Below, piece by piece: positions 52,664 to 62,119 of a stretch of DNA of 64,000 nucleotides. The stretch is from Fimicolochytrium jonesii (Eukaryota): contig NW_026515670.1 in NCBI RefSeq assembly GCF_025526975.1, positions 310,001-374,000 of the forward strand, given 5' to 3'. A program made the translations under genes and the position numbers. Under the pieces are notes generated by a model. The model saw only the letters and a list, made by a program, of their open reading frames with translations. It made no database searches and had not been told where the DNA came from. Each line of letters opens with the position of its first letter. Position 1 is the first letter of the stretch.

Positions 52664-54651
52664 CGCGGGTGGCGGCGATACATCATACCATCCTCACCTG
52701 CATCAAACGGCATCGGGCGGTCCGGGAACTCATCCTGCAAGGTCTCCCAACTCGCACGCGACATACCACTTCGCCGATATACCCCCCGCATGCAACCCCA
52801 CACACCGCGATACACACACTCCAACACACCCATATACCCTTCCCCCACATCCCCCACCCAATGCACACTCACCCATGTTGTTCTTTGTACCTAACACCGC
52901 CACCCCATTCAGGGGTGTGAGTCTGTGTTGTCATTTCACTTTATTCATCAGTAGTTTCTCATCTCTGTTGTTTTCTTGGACGGCTGCGTGGGGGGGGGGC
53001 CAGGTGGAGGAATGTGTTTGATCCACTTTTTTGTGACCCCTTGTTTTTTTTTTTTTATATGTGATTTTGAGTGTACTTTTTTTTTGCGGGAGTGTGCGAA
53101 ATGCAATACGAAAAATGAAATACAATGGAATCACCATATGCGCTTGAGAACATTTGCTGACGGCTTGAGCGTAAGGCGACCGTGGCATAGATCAGGCTGC
53201 TGGAAGATTTTTGTGAGCCTGATGCGGACAAAGCTCGCATGTCCCATGGGGCTATGTAAAGGCCTGCCTACAATTAGTCATATCATACACCTCAACTCAC
53301 GTAATGATGGTGGTCTGATCGAGTACCCGGATGTGTTCGGGTCATGCAATGGGGTTTTACGACACGATCTTCCAAACGAGATAGAGTCTAAGGGCTGCTA
53401 ACCACAAGAAGGTCGTAACAGGGCATGCTAAAATACCGTATACATAAGCTATGCTCCTGCTCCTTCCCCTCGACCTCGAGCCCCGTCCCATTCCCGGTTC
53501 CAAGTTGCCCGCCGGCCGGCGAGAAGGTTAGGATTCTTTCCGAAAATGGAATAGACAATGACGAGCTATTGGCAACGGTACGTGGTAATATCACACCAGA
53601 GGTCTCCCAGCCTCATAACTTGACAACCACCAGTGTGGATCAGCTGCATAAGGAAAGAAACTGGGACGCCGGTCATTCAGACATTGCATCAGGAGATGCA
53701 CGGCTGAGGGAGATGCTGTTCGGGCGTACAAGTAGAGACAATAGACTATGGATGGACGGCCAACATGGGACTCTTGACGTGGCATATCATCTCTGTCGCA
53801 GCAACCTTTACGCATATAGAACCTGCGCTTGAGATAGCACGACCCTCTTGAGCTGATCGAGGTGGTGCCCCTGCCAATGGTATCGATGTTTGGAAGGACT
53901 GCGTTTTTTGTTGCCGGAAAAGGGACTGCGAATATTCGACTCAGCGAACGTTCGACTGGAAGTCACAACTCAGCGTGTTCTTTCATGACACACGCGTTGC
54001 GGAGCTCTGAAGAGATGATGGAGCACGTTTCCTATCCCTTCAAGCAAGTACCTTTGTACTAGCACGGAATAGCAGCGAACTGCGAACTACACCATCTGGT
54101 CCGTCTATACTTCGATACCACTGCAGTATATACCGATATCACCTTGTGAGCCCGTAGACACCAGTCTACTACATGGCAAAATGTCGGGGAGAGCGGAGGT
54201 GTCGAGGGGAGGCGAGTTTATGAATGGAAAGCCAGAGGTCCTGAAGGGTTAGAGCCGTACGTAGTCTAGCATGGGGTGGACGAAGGTGCGGTAAATGCGG
54301 AGTCTATAGTCCAGGGGGGCCAGGGTTAGCTGAACCGAGCGAGTCGAGGGAATGCGGTGCTTTTGCGCACCAACGAACTCCAGAATGCGCTTTCGAGCGT
54401 CGACGCCCCGCCCCTCGCGATGCGCTTACAGTACAGTAGCTTCGCCCAAGATGCAAATGAGTAAACATAAGCGAGGAACCTGCATCTCGCCTGAGGGGAT
54501 CCACGCGAGTATATGAGGTCCCCAAGCGGACTTGATTGCCCCTTCGCATCTTCCTTCAAGCATCACAGTAAGGCAAAGTGATTTTGCGCTCGCCATCTTG
54601 CTATCGTATTACGCAGATTCGCCCCGAAACAGTCGAGGAGAAGCCACCGTC

Positions 54652-56828
54652 ATGGCCAAGCCTTCTGCCAGCGCCACCCCAGCGGTGGTTGGTGCTCAAA
54701 AAAAACCGTCAACCTTCCGCATCTTCGGAGTGGGAGCGCTTACTGGAGCATCCATCCTGATTGCTCTTGTCGCGTATTTCTTCTCCTCCGAGTCGGCCCT
54801 CATCGTCGAAAGAGCTCGCCGTGCTGTAGCGAAGCCTTCTCCCACCTCAACCACTACCGCTGGTCCCGCTGGGGGAACGAGCGTCAGTGGCGTGCCTCTT
54901 ACTGGCGTTATTCACGACTATTACTGGACAGTGACCAACTTCACCGGTAAGCTACCTCGCTCCGTACATGGCAGGGTCCGGGGAAGGCAGTATCGCTGAT
55001 GCTGCTATTTTTATTGTGCCATAGATGCTCCTGATGGCGTTTCCCGCACCGTTCTCGGTATCAACAACAAGGCCGGCGATCAGGCTTTAATCGGTAAGAG
55101 CCGCTATGCTCGCTTCCCGTCTGATTTCCTCCGAGGCTCATGCTTTAGATCTTCGTCGTCCAACAGAAGTGAATCTGGGTGATCGGATCCGCGTACACGT
55201 TCAAAATGGTCTCACGGCTCCGACTTCGATTCATTGGCACGGAATGTTCCAAAACGGAAGTAACATCATGGACGGGCCCTCGGGCGTGGCGCAATGCCCT
55301 ATCCCACCTGGCAAACTTTTCGTCTACGACTTCATTGCCGCGCAAACGGGCAGCTACTGGTGGCACTCGCACTACATGGCGCAATACGTCGACGGGCTGC
55401 GTGGACCGCTCATCATCCATGATCCAAAGGAGAAGACCAAGTACGGCTACACGGATGAGAGGACGCTCACTTTGGCAGACTGGTATAACCGCGCCGTCTC
55501 CAACGACTTGTTGGCAGGTTATCTGGTAAGTGTATTTATGATAGGACCCAGGTTTTCCATCCAGAGAATGATCTCCTGACGCGAGATGCCGTCTACTCCG
55601 TGCTACACATTAGTCGCCTACCAACGATGGGAGTGAACCAGTCCCGGATTCAATCCTCGTCAATGGAAACGGCTTCTTCGAATGCAAATACGCTTCTGTG
55701 TCTCAACACTGTGTTGCTAAAGACTCGACCACAGCCATGACGCGCATCACTGTGAATCCCGGAACGACCTACCGCTTTCGCTTGATCTCCATGTCTTCCT
55801 TCACCGCTTACAACTTCAGCATCGACGGCCTCAAGCTGACCATCATCGAGACGGATGGCGTCGACACCATGCCGTACGCTGTTGATCGTATCACAATCAA
55901 CAACGGTCAAAGGTACTCCGTCCTGGTCACCACCCCCCCCTCGACCAAAGCCAAAAATACGTACATCCGAGTCATCGGACTCCATGACTACCCGTGGACC
56001 GCCTCCCCTCCTGGGCCCGGATACCGTTTCAACGGCGCCGCGATCTTGCAGTACGCTGCCAACAGTCTTGCTTTGCCAACGACGGTCATGCCCAAGACGT
56101 TCATCGACTTTGACCAGTCAAAGGTCGGCTCGAACCCCCCGGCTGCGGCCCCGAGCAAAGCCACCGTGACCGTGCCCATCAGCTTCACTTTCCAAACCAC
56201 TGCAACGGATCCCATCCAACGCGCCTATGTCGCGTTTAATCCTGACCTTAAGAACTTGCATACGTGAGTCCCACCCTTAGTTCCATCTCTACGCCTTCCT
56301 CGAATCAGCGTGTTGAAAATGTTTTTTGACTCCATTAGGTACCAAGCTCCAGCGACGCCTGTCCTCATCGATCTGCTCAAGAACAAGAAAACCGTAGCTC
56401 AGCTGTCGCCGAACTCTAACGTGTTTGAGCTCAAGCGACACGATGTGGTGGATCTCATCGTGATCAACTACGACGGGGGCGAGCATCCTTGGCATTTGCA
56501 CGGGCATACGTTCTGGATCATGGGCCAAGGCACCGCGACCGCCTTCTCCCAGATCCCGAAAACCTTCCCCACGACGAACCCACCCCGCCGTGACGTCGTT
56601 ACGTTGCAAGCCTGCGATCTCGACCCCACCTCCGGCGATTGCGCTGCCGGCAACTTCGGTTACACCGTCCTGAGGTTTGTCGCGGATAACCCCGGCGTGT
56701 GGTTCTTCCATTGCCACATCGAGTGGCACATCGAGGCCGGACTCGCGCTGGTCTTTGCTGAGGCCTTGTCGGATCTCAAGGCCGCCCAATACCCTTTTCC
56801 CCAATGCTATACCGATCTTTGTGTCTGA
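54652..56828 (+). CDS. multicopper oxidase (laccase/ferroxidase-like) with N-terminal hydrophobic anchor; start approximate
   Basis: HWHG, WWHSH, HPWHLHGH and HCHIEWHIEAGL copper motifs; 4 introns. Confidence 0.95.
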
Positions 56829-57088
56829 GATTTTCTCCCCTCGGGAGCTCGTCTAATCGATAGTTCTTATAACACCCTTTCCGTAGTGTAGCTCGTTTTA
56901 TGCACTACGGATACCTTGTCATTCAGCACGATTTGTTGACCTGCAACCCGATTCTTTACTTTTCGCAAGATACAACTGACTCAGATACAGCTGAATGCTC
57001 TTGATGCGCTCCAACACTGCTCTGAAGAGTGCTGCTATTCGATGTGCTTCATATTCACTTGCCAGACACATTTGCAACAGTCGTGCCT

Positions 57089-57477
57089 TGTGATTGTGAT
57101 TGAGCCATATCGATAACAGAGTTGAATTAAGTAGGCGTGGCACCTAGAGACACACCCCCTTCCCGCCCCCCGCCCCCCCCCACTATAAAAAGGACTCCAC
57201 CGGCGTAGATTAACCTAGGAGGCATTTCACAGCTATAGACTAGACCCTAAGTTTGTACCATATAGTGCCCATTGACCCAACTGACTAGCGTACCTACACC
57301 TAGCAGTTCGGGGTTGCCAATATACGGACTACCCCTAAGCGTGTCTACTTGTGCGGTTAGAATAGGCCTTTTAGTTGGTCTCTGCCTTTTACCTTGCACT
57401 CTCCACAAGTAGATCATCTCCACCTGCCAACAACCCAAATTAGGACCAATCTCAGGGAATGATTGACCACTTTCACA
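57089..57477 (+). mobile_element. 5' LTR of outer LTR retrotransposon
   Basis: TGTGA(TT)GTGAT...CACTTTCACA, internal TATAAAAAGG, clear homology (inverted) to LTR 58150-58567, followed by a PBS. Left boundary is less certain than the right. Confidence 0.8.
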
Positions 57478-57480
57478 TTT

Positions 57481-57497
57481 TGGGGGCCTGGCCGGGA
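57481..57497 (+). promoter_or_regulatory. primer-binding site, tRNA-Pro type
   Basis: TGGGGGCCTGGCCGGGA 3 nt after the LTR end; resembles the classical tRNA-Pro PBS TGGGGGCTCGTCCGGGA. Confidence 0.75.
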
Positions 57498-58149
57498 AAA
57501 GAAGAGACCACCTTCAAGGAAAAACAAAGAAGGGATTACAAGGAATGTATGAGGTCATTTCCAGGAACGGATTGGCAAACCAGATCTGCCACCTTACAAG
57601 AAATCTACCCACGCGTCGAACTTTCTGTTCCCCTACGGAGAAGCGAGGCACCAATCTCCACCAGAGATTGAAGATCAGACGATAGATCTTCACCAAGATC
57701 AAGATAGCGAAACTGGCTGATGCAGAATTTGTCGCTAGTCTCCGCTCCTCAAGTTGTCCTCAAGCCGCTTGTCAACTCAGCAAGCAATTGCTGCGAGTAG
57801 TGCGACAGCCCAACAAGCATTCAACAAGCAGAAACGGCAGGCCCTAGCAGGCCAGAAAGTACACAAGTCCAAAGCCAAGGCTAAGTCCAAGGATTCCCCG
57901 TCTGAGGAACCCTCGCCCAAGAAATCTTTGCCCAAGGAATCCTTGCCCAAGCAATCGTTGCCACATCAGGGCTCAGCATCCGGTGTGAACCCGTCCCGGA
58001 CACCGGACTCACCTAGCAGTCCAGCTGCCCCCATACCAAGCCCACCTAGCAGTCAAGCTGCCCCCGTACAAAGCCCACCATCCCTGAACCCCCCCGTGCA
58101 TTCCCTCATTCAACCACCATCTACCTATCCATCCATCCATCCAGCCACT
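57498..58149 (+). mobile_element. decayed 5' internal region of the outer element, cut by the nested insertion
   Basis: Lies between the PBS and the inner element's LTR; broken low-complexity K/S/P-rich ORF. Confidence 0.6.
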
Positions 58150-58567
58150 TGTGAAAGTGGTTGATTATTCCCTGAGATAGGTCCTGAATTGGGTCGTTTG
58201 CGGGTGGAGATGATCTACTCGTGGAGAGTGCAAGGTAAAAGGTAGAGACCAACTAAATCCCTATTCTCACCACACAAGTAGACACACTCGGGCGTACTCC
58301 GTATATTGGCAACCCCGGACTGCTAGGCGTAGGTACGCTAGTCAGTTGGGTCAGTTCAGCTCCTATGGTACAAACTTATGGTCTAGTCTATCGCCGGTGA
58401 GAAGCTCTCTGGGCAATCTACGCCAGTGTCGTCCTTTTTATAGTGGGGGAGGAAGGGGGTGTGTCTCTATCCTACTACTGATCACGCCTGGTCACGCGCG
58501 CACAAATACTAATCTTCCCTTGAATCTCCCCATCTCCTCGTACGCCGTCAACCTGATCACTTTCACA
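58150..58567 (-). mobile_element. 3' LTR (418 bp) of inner Ty3/gypsy chromovirus
   Basis: 10-bp terminal inverted repeats TGTGAAAGTG...CACTTTCACA; TATA box; directly preceded on - strand by PPT AAAAGAAAGGAGGA (58581-58568). Confidence 0.9.
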
Positions 58568-60299
58568 TCCTCCTTTCTTTTGAGCTTTTCTCTAGGAGGG
58601 ATGCTCAGAAGGGTTCCGCCGTGGTACTCCCTGTATTTTGCAGAAACTAGCCTGTTGCACCATGTTGCCATGGTGTGGTAGCCTCCGGGAACCTCCGCTA
58701 CTTGGGCGGATGTGTTGGTGAAGTGGTGTTTGGTGTTTGAGGTCGTGGGGTGTCATAGGTTTGATCAATCAGCGCGCGCTGGATGGACCAGCGCGGGATG
58801 GTCCGGCACCGGATGGTCTTCTCTTCCCCGGAGTCGTGGTCTGGGTCGCTTCCTGACAAGCTTCTGCACTGAGCATGCGTACTTTGAGCCACCATCTGCG
58901 GAGCACTTCTTCGGCGGCGGACTCGGGGAGAGGGACGACGTGTTAGTAGTCAATGAGATTTGTCATTGACGGCGTGATCTTAGCTCGGAGCGTAGGACAA
59001 CGTGGTTGCGGGGGTGAGGTCGGAGGGGTGGTTGGGTACCGAGCGACAATTGCGTCCAGGATGTCGTCTATGGTGGCGTGCTCGCTGGCGGCAAGGCTAG
59101 AGTGGGCTCTGCGGGCAGCCTCTTGCTGCTTGAGGCGGGCGATCGGGGCGAAGTCGTCGACGCCTGCGGTGTAACGGGACAGCATGTTTCGCCTATCCTC
59201 GTTGAATTGATCTGGGTTGCCGATTTCGTCGCCGCTGGCGATGGAAGCGTGGCCAATGTAGATGTCTGGCGACTCCCGCAGGCTGGTCTTGAGGGTTTCA
59301 AGCTGACTTTGAGGGTCGAAGTTTACGTCGGCCTTGGGACGCTGGGCAATGTTGAGCCCCAGGGTAGGCCATGAGCCGCCTCGGTACTTCACCCAGGATT
59401 CCCGAAGTTCCTTCCGGCTATGGGCGTGCAGGACATCCCGTGGCGTCGTGGTGGGCTGACTGAAGCGCCAGGTGTTGAGCCAGCTCCATCCGGGCAGTGG
59501 TCCCCAATCCAGCACTGTGTGTTCTGCTAGCTGGGTGCGGACCAAGGTGATTGTGCCCGAGGGTGTGTCAGCGCAAAGATGCAAATTGCGGAAGGGAAGG
59601 TCTCCGGCAGAGAAGCTTGCGTGGACGTATTGGACGGTGAACCCATGGTTGTTGGGGTTCACGTGGCAGTCTACGGTCACGTTGTTGTTCATGAGACACA
59701 TAGTGCCTGGAGAGCCCGCAGGAATGTTGCGTTGACATTGGGCAGGGAGGTTTTCGATAACCTTGCTTCGTCAAGCATGGCCAGCGGGGTCGATCCATTT
59801 GTGGCAAATGGCCATGCGCTTGTGTGCCGTGGCATTCTCCGCAAATTCTAGGTATTCCGCCCACCCAAGGCCGTATCTCACATGTCGACTTTCTGCTGTG
59901 GGGCAAGAGAATTTGCCCTTGTTCGTCTCTCCCCCGGAGGTTGTTGTTGTCCACACCCCTCCGTGGAAGACCGCCTGTGCGTCCACTGCTGGGTGCCCCC
60001 GTTGAGTTCTGGACCTCGGTGATCCTCCGTGTTTTGCTACGCCCTTCGGTGTCCTCCATCCTTTCGCTTGAGCGAACCAAGGTCTCCGGTGGCAAGCCAT
60101 TTCAACGCCAGACTTGACCACAATTCAGACTCTACTCTTGGCACGCCGAACATCAGCTCCTTGTCCTCCGGCTTGTCTTTGGGTTTGGGGCCAAAGCTCG
60201 CTACGATGACCTCAAGTTCCCAAATGTCAAGGGAATCGTCCTGATCGCTTGGAACGCCCCGGAGAGGTGGTACAGTCACAGAAAGAAGAGAAAAATGTT

Positions 60300-60371
60300 T
60301 GGGGAAGGTAGGATTCGAACCCACGCCACCTGGGTGAGAGCCAGGTGTCTTAACCACTAAGCCAAAATATG
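60300..60371 (-). ncRNA. tRNA-Glu(CTC)-derived Pol III module in the TRIM 3' LTR (no acceptor stem)
   Basis: A-box TGGCTTAGTGG, anticodon arm CCTGG-CTCTCAC-CCAGG, T-arm GTGGG-TTCGAAT-CCTAC, T5 run just downstream. Confidence 0.8.
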
Positions 60372-60646
60372 TGTGTTCCCGTTACACCTCCCCTTGACTG
60401 TACCAGCCTCTCGGGTAGATGTACCAATGTATGGGTATGATGGACCAGTGGATCGGTCTTATTTTGGTTGGAGTACCAGCCCGGGTCTCTGGTCCGCTGT
60501 GGGGTACACAGGACCCGGTCGTTGGTATCGCAGTATATGTATGGTCCCGAGAAGGACTTGTGGTGCTACCATGTCAGGGGAATCGTTCCGATTGCTCGGA
60601 ACGCACCGGAGAGGTGGTACAGTCACAGAAAGAAGAGAAAAATGTT

Positions 60647-60718
60647 TGGGGAAGGTAGGAATCAAACCCACGCCACCTGGGTGAGAGCCAAATGTCTTAA
60701 CCACTAAGCCAAAATGGG
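60647..60718 (-). ncRNA. second, more decayed tRNA-Glu(CTC)-derived module in the TRIM 5' LTR
   Basis: Same sequence; B-box mutated to GGTTTGATTCC and anticodon stem partly broken. Confidence 0.7.
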
Positions 60719-62119
60719 TGTGTTCCCGTTACACCGAAGGTTGGGGCCTGCGTGGATAATGTAGTTGGGCTGGTCGACGCGGGGGAAGGCGGCTTGGCGG
60801 AGCAGTGCTTTTGGGTCCTCTAGGTCATCGCGAGTCTCTTGGATGCCGTGCTCTTTGCGGAGGGCCTTGGCACATTGCGCGTAGTGCGGCTCCAGGTTGG
60901 TAATGACAACAAAGACAGCTTGCTTCAAGATCAATTCCTTTTCCCAGTCTTGCATGTGGTTGTGAGCCTTCAATCGCGAGGTCAGCACCGGGTGGGGGAA
61001 GAGGCCGTGCACACGGGTGTACATGGTGGATGGGATGTCCGTATACTCCTTGTATAGGCTCGGGAGCATGACGGTTTCGATGTCCCTCCCTGCGACCCGG
61101 TATGGTTGGTCTTCCTCCATATCCCCCTCCCCTGTCTTCATCGCAAAGTCGGTCCTCCACTTGCCGTTCTCATGGTCATAGAGCGCCAGACGCAGTCCCC
61201 TCCTCTTGCCAACATTCGGATGCTTGGTTGCAGTGATCTTGCCGTTGGTTTCCACATTCTCCGGGAGGTCTTCTAGGCAAGGCGGGCAAACGAAGTTGTA
61301 CCGGTCGAAGTAATCCCTCAGGACTTCTTCGTCTTCCTGAGGGTGGGGCAGTCTCTGGTTGTTGAGGCATTCTGGTTGGTAGAATTGGCTTCCACAGCAG
61401 AGGTCTCCGGTTCGCATTGAACGACGCGACCATAAATGGAAGCGCTATCGTCTGGGTTTTTGCACATGCAAACAGCTCCATTCTTCTCTGCTCCGTAGTA
61501 CTCCTCTTCCTCTCCGGGCTAGTATTCCACGTTCCTGGTCAGGGTCTTGCTCGTGAACTTGTCCTCTCCCGGGTCCAGGCCGGAGATGCTGAGAGTGGCG
61601 GAGCCAATGATTGCTTTGCCTCTTTGTCGTTCTTCCGGCTTGTCCAACACCTTCCTTTTCTTGCGGGTGTCAACAGGGGTGTCGCCGGCATTTTGCACGG
61701 TGATTCTGGGCAAGCGGATTGGCGGACGTTTGTTCCCCGTTGCTTTCACTGGGGCGGGAGTACATGGGCCGGTGGCTTCTCTGAACCCTCTGTCGATCTG
61801 AGGGGGAGAGTTGTCAACCTCGATTGGTTTGTGGGGGTACACGGAGCGGACGGGGGTACTGGGGACCGGCGAGTTCGTTCGTTGGTTCTTGGTCCTGGTT
61901 GTTGGTTGCAGGATAGGCGGCTTCGAGACTGCATTGGACAGGTCTGCGACGCTCGATCTTCTTGAGGAGGTGGTGGAGGATCTTCGGGACATGATGGTCG
62001 GAATTCTCGTAGTACCGGTTCGGGGTTGGTAGGGGGGAAGGGGTAGCAAAGGAGCATGGTGGGGAGCGGTCGTCGGTTGGGGGCTGGTGAGGGTCGAGGG
62101 GAGCGGCTTCTGACGCTCG

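Larger units (their letters stand above)
60225..60733 (-). mobile_element. 509-bp TRIM with 162-bp tRNA-derived LTRs
   Basis: LTRs 60733-60572 and 60386-60225 (TGTAAC...TGACA; 12 mismatches by hand count); PBS TGGTAGCACC (60571-60562); PPT AAGGGGAGG (60395-60387); TSD TTCGG/TTTGG. Confidence 0.9.
58943..61992 (-). pseudogene. extra retrotransposon ORF: basic N-terminus + PHD finger + TET/JBP-like 2OG-Fe(II) dioxygenase (2 stops, 2 frameshifts, TRIM insertion)
   Basis: CMC..VVQCE/TGDLCC..FYQPEC..FVCPPC (PHD-like); RG..FHGGVW..DP..N.N..CHVNPNN..SFSAGDL..EHTVLDW..WRFS (double-stranded beta-helix dioxygenase-like); frame is restored when the TRIM and one TSD copy are removed. Confidence 0.7.

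Noticed and set aside
57145..58469. MITE/Mutator-like DNA transposon with 330-bp TIRs and a TA target duplication
   Set aside because: Both arms extend into full LTRs (TGTGA...TCACA), one followed by a PBS and the other preceded by a PPT, so they are two opposite-strand LTRs.
60300..60718. Two functional tRNA-Glu genes
   Set aside because: Acceptor stems cannot pair (CATATTT or CCCATTT vs CTTCCCC), and both copies lie inside the TRIM LTRs.
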